NCBI GenBank assembly: GCA_017465055.1
Contig: JAFTWZ010000039.1
Coordinates: 9,851-73,850 of the forward strand
Direction of reading: 5' to 3'
Origin: Alistipes sp.
GTDB lineage: Bacteria > Bacteroidota > Bacteroidia > Bacteroidales > Rikenellaceae
Length of the DNA: 64,000 nt
Both the position numbers and the translations under genes were made by a program. The notes under the pieces are model-generated. The model had not been told where the DNA came from. It searched no databases and saw nothing but the letters and a program-made list of their open reading frames with translations. Of this stretch, positions 18,831 to 26,736 are shown in pieces (within the stretch, counting starts at the first letter, position 1; each line of letters opens with the position of its first letter).

Positions 18831-19892
18831 TTAAATCAGTATCGACACACCGTCGTAAGTTACAGTCTTCAGATTCGTCAGGCTCAACTCCTTAGCCTTT
18901 GAAGGCAGTGGAGCATAGTGCACATCTAATGTAATGTGCTGCGCCTCATCCGAGAGAATATACTTCAACAAATCGAGCGTCGCCTCTGCCTGCTCCTTTG
19001 TGCGGTCGGAGTAGTTCTGCTCCTTGTAGATAATCATCCAAGTGAATGTCGAGATTGGATATGCACCTACGGCATTGGCATTGGTAATCGAGCAACGCGT
19101 GTCAACGGGCATCTCGCCTGATGCCGCAGCAGAGATTGTTGCCGATGTTGGGAGGACAAACTCGCCTCTTGGGTTTTGGATGCGGGCATAGGGTATCTTC
19201 TGAGCAAAGGCATACTCCGAGCCTACGTAGCCAATTGTATTCTTTGTCTGCTTAACGATGCTTGCCACGCCAGGGTTACCCTTTGCGGCCTGTCCCGATG
19301 GGAAGTTTACAGACTTGCCCGCACCAAATTTCTCCCTCCACATTGGGCTTACCTTTGTCAAGTAGTCGGTAAATACGAAGGTTGTACCCGAGCCGTCGGA
19401 ACGATATACAGGGATGATGGCCTCCGCAGGGAGCTCTACCTCGGGGTTGAGCGCTGCCAAACGCTCATCGTTCCACATCTTGATCTGGCCAGCAAAGATA
19501 TCTGCGATAACCTCGCCCGATAGCTTTAGCTCCTTGATGCCATCGAGGTTGTAAGCAACAACCACCGCACCCATACAGGTGGGGATATGTACTACGGGAT
19601 CCATCTCGGCCATCTCCTTATCCGAAAGGAAGGCGTCGCTACCCGCAAAATCGACAATCTTGTCGCGGAGGTTTCTCACACCACCGCCCGAGCCGATACC
19701 TCCGTAGGCCACCTGGTCGCCATTTACCTCGGCAAACTGCTCGAAAATCACATTGTAGAACGGAAGTGGGAATGTTGCACCAGCACCCGAAAGTTCCTGA
19801 GGGCCACGACCTTCATTGTTTGTGTTGCCACCACACGACACCATAGCAAGAGCTACGACCAGTGACATCGCTGACTTAAAAATCTTTTTCAT
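18831..19892 (-). CDS. pstS: Phosphate-binding lipoprotein
   Basis: Lipobox MVSC, GAGATFP.P.Y, GSGGG, DFAGSD, RSDGSGTT. Confidence 0.96.
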   Translation of the reverse strand: MKKIFKSAMSLVVALAMVSCGGNTNNEGRGPQELSGAGATFPLPFYNVIFEQFAEVNGDQVAYGGIGSGGGVRNLRDKIVDFAGSDAFLSDKEMAEMDPVVHIPTCMGAVVVAYNLDGIKELKLSGEVIADIFAGQIKMWNDERLAALNPEVELPAEAIIPVYRSDGSGTTFVFTDYLTKVSPMWREKFGAGKSVNFPSGQAAKGNPGVASIVKQTKNTIGYVGSEYAFAQKIPYARIQNPRGEFVLPTSATISAAASGEMPVDTRCSITNANAVGAYPISTFTWMIIYKEQNYSDRTKEQAEATLDLLKYILSDEAQHITLDVHYAPLPSKAKELSLTNLKTVTYDGVSILI

Positions 19893-19928
19893 ATATCTCT
19901 CTGTTTTAATAAATTTAACCTATTGTTA

Positions 19929-20909
19929 TTAGAATCCAAAGTAGCAATTTACGTATGCCGAGTAACCACTCTTTGCACCATCGGCCTTTGGCATACTCAT
20001 TCTGAAGTTAGGAGCTATCTTTACATACTTACCCAGCTTGAACTGAGCACCGATAATTGCAGCACGCTCATCTTTGGCTATGTTCCAATCGTTGTTTGAG
20101 TAGAGATCATCGAAACGAGCGTATATGTCGGCGAACTTTGCGACCTTAACCGAGCCGAATATTGAGTAACCCGACTGCTCCTTACCCTCGGCAAAAGAGG
20201 CATTTAGCATATGGTTATACTCTGCACCAATCGTAAACTTCGAGTGCTTGTAGCCCGCAAAAGCTGCCATATTTACGGTGTTTGCCTTGCCCTCTACGCC
20301 GCTCTCGTTCAAACCACCATATAGGCGAATCTGGAAGCCCTTGACTGGAGTTAACGTTACGCCCAAGCCATAACTAAGACCATCATTTATCTGAATCTTC
20401 TTATAACCCTCGCCATTTACGATAATTGCATCGGCTGAAATCCAGTCAGCAAACTTGTAGGCAACCGAGATACCCAAATCGGCACTGCTACCAAACTTAT
20501 ATTGGTCTTGGAACGACTTCATAATGTAGCGGTAGCCCCAGAACTTCTCCTGAAAGTTGAACTGCGTAGTTGAGATAAGACCACCATTAAGTGTGAGGTT
20601 ACCCCTCTTCCACGACACCATAGCATTCTTGATGTAGGCGATACGGTGGTAGTCATCAACGCTTGATGATTTGCCGATATCGATCACTGCCTTTGCCGAT
20701 AGTCCGTTACCAAAGTTGTATTCGTAGCCCAAATAGCTGCGGTCGAGCTCAAATCCCATATCGGTGTTCTGCTCGCCAAATCCAGCGTGGAAATTTCCAA
20801 ACACCTGTACAATAGCCTTGCCCTTAGGCTCCTCTGTTTTCGTATCCTGCGCCTGTGCAGTGATACCGATGCAGGTTAAAAGACCTGCCAAGATTACCAT
20901 TTTCTTCAT
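19929..20909 (-). CDS. Outer-membrane porin (probably phosphate-selective)
   Basis: Signal peptide, FELDRSYLGY, Lys/Arg-rich beta-strands, terminal F. First gene of the pst operon. Confidence 0.7.
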   Translation of the reverse strand: MKKMVILAGLLTCIGITAQAQDTKTEEPKGKAIVQVFGNFHAGFGEQNTDMGFELDRSYLGYEYNFGNGLSAKAVIDIGKSSSVDDYHRIAYIKNAMVSWKRGNLTLNGGLISTTQFNFQEKFWGYRYIMKSFQDQYKFGSSADLGISVAYKFADWISADAIIVNGEGYKKIQINDGLSYGLGVTLTPVKGFQIRLYGGLNESGVEGKANTVNMAAFAGYKHSKFTIGAEYNHMLNASFAEGKEQSGYSIFGSVKVAKFADIYARFDDLYSNNDWNIAKDERAAIIGAQFKLGKYVKIAPNFRMSMPKADGAKSGYSAYVNCYFGF

Positions 20910-20960
20910 TGTTAAATAGTGTTATTAAGTAAATTGTCTCTCTTCTGTTTTTTCACACTG

Positions 20961-21098
20961 CAAAAGTATCGGCAATAGATTTCATAAATGTTTCAAAAAA
21001 ATTAGGCTTTCGTGAAATGCTGGCAGTGAGCAAAATATTACATTTTTATTAAATCTCGCCTCGGCCACTTTTCCAATAGCCAAAACGCTGTAACTTTG
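20961..21098. promoter_or_regulatory. Divergent porin-pst / phoB promoters with Pho-box-like 11-bp-spaced repeats
   Basis: -7 boxes TACTTTTG (minus, 20961-20968) and TAACTTTG (plus, 21091-21098). Repeat pairs GATTTCAT/TGTTTCAA (20978/20989) and TATTACAT/TATTAAAT (21036/21047). Confidence 0.55.
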
Positions 21099-21122
21099 CG
21101 CCTAAAAGATTTAATAAGGTAT

Positions 21123-21824
21123 ATGGCAACAAATCGTATATTGATTGTAGATGACGAGGAGACGCTATGCGAGGTGCTAAAGCTCAATCTTGAGAATGAG
21201 GGCTATGATGTCGATACGGCATTTAGTGCAGAGCAGGCCTTAGGCTACAATCTAAAGGAGTATTCGCTCATTCTGCTCGATATTATGATGGGCGAGATAA
21301 GCGGTATAAAGATGGCCAAGATGCTGAAGGCAGATGTCGAGACAGCCGACATCCCCATCATCTTTTGCACGGCTCGCGATACGGAGGACGATATGGTTAT
21401 GGGACTCAACCTCGGTGCCGATGACTACATTATGAAGCCCTACACCGTGCGCAATGTCATCGCCCGCGTTAAGAGCGTTCTCCGCCGAGTAGCCAACTAC
21501 AAAAACAGCAACACTGCTCCTTCGGAGAAGCCAAACAGATTAGTGGTTGATGGCCTATGCCTCGATTTGGAGTTCAAGCGCTGCACGGTCGATGGCGAGG
21601 AGGTAAAGCTCGCTCGTAAAGAGTTTGAGCTTCTCGCCTATTTGATTCAGCACCGCGGGAAGATATGTTCAAGAGAGCAAATATTAAATAGAGTGTGGAG
21701 CGACGAGGTGGTAGTATTGGACCGCACTATCGATGTAAATATCACTCGCCTGCGTTCGAAGATTGGGCCGTACGGCTCGTACATTGTCACCCGTTCAGGC
21801 TTTGGCTATGGCTTCCGAGACTAA
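21123..21824 (+). CDS. phoB: OmpR/PhoB family response regulator
   Basis: ILIVDDE, LLDIMM, TA, GADDY..KP, KEFELL, RTIDVNI.RLR.KI. Divergent from pst. Confidence 0.85.
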   Translation: MATNRILIVDDEETLCEVLKLNLENEGYDVDTAFSAEQALGYNLKEYSLILLDIMMGEISGIKMAKMLKADVETADIPIIFCTARDTEDDMVMGLNLGADDYIMKPYTVRNVIARVKSVLRRVANYKNSNTAPSEKPNRLVVDGLCLDLEFKRCTVDGEEVKLARKEFELLAYLIQHRGKICSREQILNRVWSDEVVVLDRTIDVNITRLRSKIGPYGSYIVTRSGFGYGFRD

Positions 21825-23103
21825 CATATCGTTTCACAAGCGGCTATTTCTGATGTTGCTCGCCTTTTCGTGGGCCACTGTGCTATGTTTCATTGGATAC
21901 CAATATATAAGAGAGAAGGAGTATAAGTCGGAGTTCTTGAATGCACAGCTGCAGCAGTATAATCGCAATCTACTCACAACGGTTGAAGAGGGCGAGCCTT
22001 ATGAGGAGTATATTGCTACACACGATATGCCATTCGATGAGTTGCGCATATCTATTATCGCTCTTACGGGCGCCGTTATCTACGACAATACCATACCACT
22101 CGACTCGCTCGATAACCACCGTAGTCGCCCAGAGGTAGCTACCGCTTTGGCAAATGGCCAGGGATATAACATCAGCCGACAATCGACAAGCGATGGACGC
22201 CAATATTTCTACTCGGCAACCTGTGGCAAGCGAGTCGTTGTCCGCACAGCTATACCATATTCAAGCACCCTGCAGGACCTCCTTGAAGCAGATTGGAGCT
22301 TCCTTATTGTGATGATATCTATTACGCTTGTGATGAGTGTGGTGGCCTATTTTACCACGCGCCGACTCGGCAAGGATATCGAGCGAGTAAATCGCTACGA
22401 GGCAGAGCAGGCTAAAAACCGCCTCAAGCGACAACTGACCAATAACATCAACCACGAGCTTAAAACACCCGTAGCATCTATTCAGGTATGCCTCGAGACA
22501 CTGCTATCGGGGATTTCGCTCAGCGAGGAGAAACGACAGGAGCTTATCGAGCGCTGCTATATGCACAATGAGCGCCTCAGGCGACTGCTTAACGACGTGT
22601 CGCTTATTACCCGAATGGAGGATGGCAGCGCACTTATTAACCGCGAAAAGGTTGTAATCAACGAGATAATCGATGAGGTTGCCGAGGAGTTGGAGGTAAT
22701 GCCCGAAGAGGAGCGCTTGATGCTGCATTTAGATTTTAACGACGAGGTTATCGTCGATGGCAACACCTCGCTTATTGGCTCTATATTTCGCAACCTCACC
22801 GAGAATGCCATTGCCTACTCCGAGGGTAGAAATATCTATATATCGCTACTCGAAAACAACGATACGGTGTGCCGCATACGTTTTGAGGATGACGGCAAGG
22901 GTGTGGAGCAGAAACACCTGCCACACCTATTCGAGCGATTCTACCGCGTGGATAAAGGTCGTTCGCGCCAAAAGGGTGGCACAGGTCTTGGACTGGCCAT
23001 AGTAAAACACGCCATTCAGTTCCACGGCGGCACTATAGCAGTCACGAATCGAGCCAATGGCGGCCTAAGATTTGATTTCACACTAAGGAAACAGAGTACT
23101 TGA
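21808..23103 (+). CDS. phoR: Sensor histidine kinase
   Basis: Two TM segments, NH..RPEV..A Cache-like periplasmic part, HELKTP, NLTENA, FERFYRVDK.RSR..GGTGLGLAIVKH. Confidence 0.85.
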   Translation: MASETNISFHKRLFLMLLAFSWATVLCFIGYQYIREKEYKSEFLNAQLQQYNRNLLTTVEEGEPYEEYIATHDMPFDELRISIIALTGAVIYDNTIPLDSLDNHRSRPEVATALANGQGYNISRQSTSDGRQYFYSATCGKRVVVRTAIPYSSTLQDLLEADWSFLIVMISITLVMSVVAYFTTRRLGKDIERVNRYEAEQAKNRLKRQLTNNINHELKTPVASIQVCLETLLSGISLSEEKRQELIERCYMHNERLRRLLNDVSLITRMEDGSALINREKVVINEIIDEVAEELEVMPEEERLMLHLDFNDEVIVDGNTSLIGSIFRNLTENAIAYSEGRNIYISLLENNDTVCRIRFEDDGKGVEQKHLPHLFERFYRVDKGRSRQKGGTGLGLAIVKHAIQFHGGTIAVTNRANGGLRFDFTLRKQST

Positions 23104-23197
23104 CCGTGTAGCAACAACGCCTTTCCGAGTTAGCACAGCTGTCGTTGAAATCTGATACCGAGACAACGATTTTCACGACGCTCCAGCCACTCAGCCT

Positions 23198-23863
23198 TTA
23201 GAACGTAGCTCCCACCTCGATGTAGAAGGCATTATTTCCGGCCTTAAACATAGTTACGCCAGCGGCATTTATCCACTCGAGATTCTGGGCAGCCATACCG
23301 AGGCCGAAGTTGAAGTTAGCGATGTTCATACCTGCGCCAAACTTCATAAGCAGACCTCCACGTAGTTTGCCATACCCCTCCTTCGAGAAGTTCGAGGTAG
23401 CCACAACGTGACCTCCCAAACTTACGGATATATATGGCTTGACGATTACGCGCGTAGGTATATATCCTCGCACATTGGCGTATATAGGTATGCTCACCGA
23501 GCCCCACGTATCGGGCGAGCCACCGTGAGCTATGTCGGTGGCGATGCTTACAAGGTTACACTCGCCATAGGCATACTGCACGCCAGTGCCGACACCTGCA
23601 AAGAGGAAGTCGCCGAGGCGCACACCACCAATGACATCGAGGTAAGGGCGCGATAGGTTTGTCTTCAGCTTGCCGAAGTTCTTAGTAGCGAGTTTGCCGC
23701 CCGTTATAAATCCTGCATTTACTTCAAACTGTGCCTTAACGGTCGTTGCTACGCGGTTTCGTCCATAAAGTTCGTCGTCGTAGCTCCCTGCAGGCGATGA
23801 CGCTATTGCTGGTATGGCCATCATAAGGGCCAACATAAGGATAATTGCTCTCTTCATACTCAT
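23198..23863 (-). CDS. Hypothetical outer-membrane beta-barrel protein
   Basis: Signal peptide, FAGVGTG, IPIYANVR, KPYIS, terminal GATF. Confidence 0.7.
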   Translation of the reverse strand: MSMKRAIILMLALMMAIPAIASSPAGSYDDELYGRNRVATTVKAQFEVNAGFITGGKLATKNFGKLKTNLSRPYLDVIGGVRLGDFLFAGVGTGVQYAYGECNLVSIATDIAHGGSPDTWGSVSIPIYANVRGYIPTRVIVKPYISVSLGGHVVATSNFSKEGYGKLRGGLLMKFGAGMNIANFNFGLGMAAQNLEWINAAGVTMFKAGNNAFYIEVGATF

Positions 23864-23985
23864 ACTTTTCGTCGTAGGGCAGCAGGCCACTACGCTAATT
23901 TGCCGTAAAGATAAGAAAAATTCTGTTAACGAGCAACTATCACGACTGAGCCACATTCACGCTCCGCACCCTAATGGGCTATGCA

Positions 23986-24250
23986 TAAAATGCAAGCTAC
24001 GCAAATCTCTTCAACTCACGTGGGGAAGAGGTTGCGTAGCTTCGCGGACACACTCAAATATTACATTAACCAATATATCGTCGTACTACCTCGGCACACA
24101 CTGTGTAGAGGTGTAGTAGCTTCTCTTGCGGCAAGCACCCATACCCTCGTGGGGAGTGCCTGTTGCGACATACAAAAAGAACATAAAACACTGATGACAA
24201 AAAGCCGTCATTCGATCCGACAATCCAGTCGCTAATCCTATGTTTTCCTG
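23986..24250 (-). ncRNA. Candidate structured small RNA (~265 nt)
   Basis: Consensus promoter (24254-24285), three internal hairpins, and a long terminal stem 23994-24012/24025-24042 followed by GCATTTT. The only same-strand ORF I noticed is 41 aa. Confidence 0.5.
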
Positions 24251-24253
24251 CTG

Positions 24254-24285
24254 CAAAGATAGAGCCTCACCCGTGAGTAGCCAAA
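24254..24285 (-). promoter_or_regulatory. Bacteroidota -33/-7 promoter
   Basis: TTTG-N20-TATCTTTG on the minus strand. Confidence 0.75.
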
Positions 24286-24319
24286 TTTTGTGGTCAGAAA
24301 GATTTCCCAGGGCGTTTTA

Positions 24320-24452
24320 TAACACCCTGAAAATCAACGAGTTGAAAAAATAATTTTTCGAGATTTTTCCCGAGCCTGATAATCAGCAAGTTACGAGAAT
24401 GGGAATCGAAGAAATGTGATAATCGAGCTAACAGACTGAGAATCAGGCGTTA
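24320..24452. repeat. Three palindromic CTGA-N3-TCAG boxes
   Basis: TAACACCCTGAAAATCAACGAGTTG (24320), CTGATAATCAGCAAGTTA (24376), TAACAGACTGAGAATCAGGCGTTA (24429). Confidence 0.6.
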
Positions 24453-26147
24453 ACGGTCGCTAATAGCCGAAATAAGCTGCTCGGCATCCTTTGCATCAGA
24501 CTCCTTGATTTTTGTCTTGATACGATACTTCAGCTTCGACAATGCTGTAGGATTGCTGTCGATAAATACGCATATGGCGCGCGAAGAAAAACCAGCAAAG
24601 CTATATAGCGCTACCTTCAGTTCGCGCTCGTTGAGCTTCGGACACTGCTCACGTAGCTTCGACATTAGCCCACCACGGCAGCTATTGACAAGGCTCTCGA
24701 GCTCGGCAAGGCGTACCTCGTCGCTCTTGATTGCCTCGATAGTCTGTCGAACCTGTTCGAACACCTTGGCGGCGTGACGCGTAGTGTCGCTATGCTCGTA
24801 GTACGTTTCGCAGAGCGTATTCAGATCCTTAAGGCGGTCGTTGTAGAGTTTGTCTACGGCATCGGTGAGTGGCTCCTCGGTGTTTTGGCGTGTAAGCTGA
24901 AGCTCGTGGATAGTCTCCATATAGCGTTGTATGTCGCGCTTTTGCTGCTTGCGGCGGTGTATCATAATAGCCACAAGAATCGACAATACCATTATGATGA
25001 TACCGTAGATGGCAATCATACGGTGTCGCATACTGCGCATCTGCTGCTCGTCACGCTCCATAGTCACTTTGAGCAGGTCGAGTTGGTAGTTCATCACAGG
25101 TTGCTCGGCAGAGGCCAGTAGCGCGTTACGCAGGCGCTCGTTCATAGCCATAAGCCAGTGGGCCATACCCTCGGTATCGCCCTCGTTGCGACAGATAATG
25201 TAGTTGGCGCGCTCCACAGCACCAGCATCGTAGCTCGGGTCCGAGGAGGCAAGCGCGGCATAGTGTTTGGCACTGGCCGTATCGCCTGCATTCGACGTAG
25301 CCATAGCCTTCATAGCGTAGTAGTGCGATACGAACCATAGCACGCAGTCGTAGCGGTCGAAGAGCTCAACGGTCTCGGTGAATTTCTCCTTGTCGCCTAA
25401 CTGAAAGTATATCTCGCACATCTCGTGTAATATGGCGCATAGGAAATCCTTATTACCAACCTCGATGGCATAGTCGCGTGCCTCGATAAATAGCTCCTCG
25501 GCCAGACTGGTCTGTCGCATCTTCATCGCGGCCTGACCCATATTATACAGTGTGTAGTGGGTGTGGTATGGCAGGTTTTCGCGCTCGAAGCATCGCAGTG
25601 CCTCGACATAGGCATTGTAGCTATTGCGATAGAGGTAGCTGGCTCGGTAGATGTCGCCCTCGGTGCGGTACACCACACCCTCAAGGCGGTTATCCTTATG
25701 CTTCTCCAGCGACTTATGGGCCTGGCTGAAGGCGAGTATCGCCTCGGGATTAGCACCTGCGAGCTGTAGCGTCATACCGTGCTGAAAGAAGGCTCGGGCA
25801 CGCTCGTTGTGCTGGTTACTCTTGTCGTAGTAGGCCACTGCTATGCGCGTGAGCGAGTCGGAGGAGATGAGCTGACGATTGTAGTAGCACACCTCGCTGT
25901 ATAGGAGCGCATAGCGTGCCATAAGCTCGCTGCTACGTATCTGACTGCGATCTATTGCCGTGACTACTTCGAGGGCCTTGTCGGGGCTCTCCTCGGCGAG
26001 GCTCTCTACCTGGTCTAAGGCCTTTACAATCTCTCGGTCATTACCGCACGATACGACCACGAGGGCCATCGACACGATGACCGTGCCGCAAAGCACGACC
26101 TGCTGGCAAAGTGAGTGGAGTGCCCGGCGTCCCATATGTCGTAGCAT
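24450..26147 (-). CDS. Membrane-anchored TPR-repeat transcriptional regulator with C-terminal HTH
   Basis: Hydrophobic N-terminus ending VVSCG, PDKAL...ARYALL...SDSL..IAV.YY TPR array, TM near residue 380, C-terminal P.L.ERE...GFS.RAIC..ID......KYRIK.KI. -7 box TACATTTG at 26161-26168. Confidence 0.8.
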   Translation of the reverse strand: MLRHMGRRALHSLCQQVVLCGTVIVSMALVVVSCGNDREIVKALDQVESLAEESPDKALEVVTAIDRSQIRSSELMARYALLYSEVCYYNRQLISSDSLTRIAVAYYDKSNQHNERARAFFQHGMTLQLAGANPEAILAFSQAHKSLEKHKDNRLEGVVYRTEGDIYRASYLYRNSYNAYVEALRCFERENLPYHTHYTLYNMGQAAMKMRQTSLAEELFIEARDYAIEVGNKDFLCAILHEMCEIYFQLGDKEKFTETVELFDRYDCVLWFVSHYYAMKAMATSNAGDTASAKHYAALASSDPSYDAGAVERANYIICRNEGDTEGMAHWLMAMNERLRNALLASAEQPVMNYQLDLLKVTMERDEQQMRSMRHRMIAIYGIIIMVLSILVAIMIHRRKQQKRDIQRYMETIHELQLTRQNTEEPLTDAVDKLYNDRLKDLNTLCETYYEHSDTTRHAAKVFEQVRQTIEAIKSDEVRLAELESLVNSCRGGLMSKLREQCPKLNERELKVALYSFAGFSSRAICVFIDSNPTALSKLKYRIKTKIKESDAKDAEQLISAISDR

Positions 26148-26280
26148 CTGTTTCACGATACAAATGTAGTAAAAAAAAGCCAATAACCGCTCTTTTTGTG
26201 TAAAAACGGAGGGGGTAAGGGTAGGCGCGACTACGACACTAAAGGGTAGCTCGCGCCTAAGGTAGCTAAAAGAGTTTAAG

Positions 26281-26642
26281 GGATCAGTCGTAAATTCCGG
26301 TGGGTACTGAAAAAAATCATACAAAAATAGTAGCTAAACGGAATATAAATATCGTCACCCCGAGGAGGAGCAAGTATGAGTTTGTGGAGTGTGATAACGC
26401 CACTATGCTCCGACGTGGGGGTCTTCCGCTGTTTATAGGGCCGTGCGGAGTGTGATTGATAGTCGTGCGTGCCGCGCGGAGCGCTATTGCAACGCTTACG
26501 TATCAGTGCGGAAGTATAAACAACGGAAGATCGCCACAGAATTGCATAGACCCAAGTAGGTATCACTACCGCTCGTAGATGCAATTCTTCGCGATGACGT
26601 ATTAATATTGTTTATTACTCCACCGGAATTTACGACTGAGCC
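26281..26642. mobile_element. MITE copy 2 (362 bp, inverted relative to copy 1)
   Basis: TIRs GGATCAGTCGTAAATTCCGGTGG / CCACCGGAATTTACGACTGAGCC (22/23). Perfect 8-bp TSD AGTTTAAG at 26273-26280 and 26643-26650. Confidence 0.93.
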
Positions 26643-26736
26643 AGTTTAAGGAGTATAGTGACAACGCCACAGCCACACACACCTACTGGTCTCTCTGAAA
26701 ACTCTCTGAAACCCCTTCAAGCGCCATTGCACTCGC

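Noticed and set aside
23942-23952. ACGACTGAGCC, identical to the last 11 nt of the MITE TIR
   Set aside because: No partner TIR or TSD found nearby. It could be a solo end but is too short to call.
12035-26280. Single composite transposon insertion carrying sulA and pst-pho
   Set aside because: The outer flanks do not match each other and each MITE has its own TSD.
26148-26324. N-terminal extension of the TPR regulator ORF into the MITE
   Set aside because: It runs through the gene's own -7 box and the TIR. Chance open frame.
26276-26584. 102-aa ORF inside MITE copy 2
   Set aside because: The equivalent frame in copy 1 has an internal TAG (..ARP*). Not conserved.
26691-26711. CTCTCTGAAA direct repeat; also (GATT/GATA)n at 61883-61924
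   Set aside because: Short low-complexity slippage repeats with no further structure.
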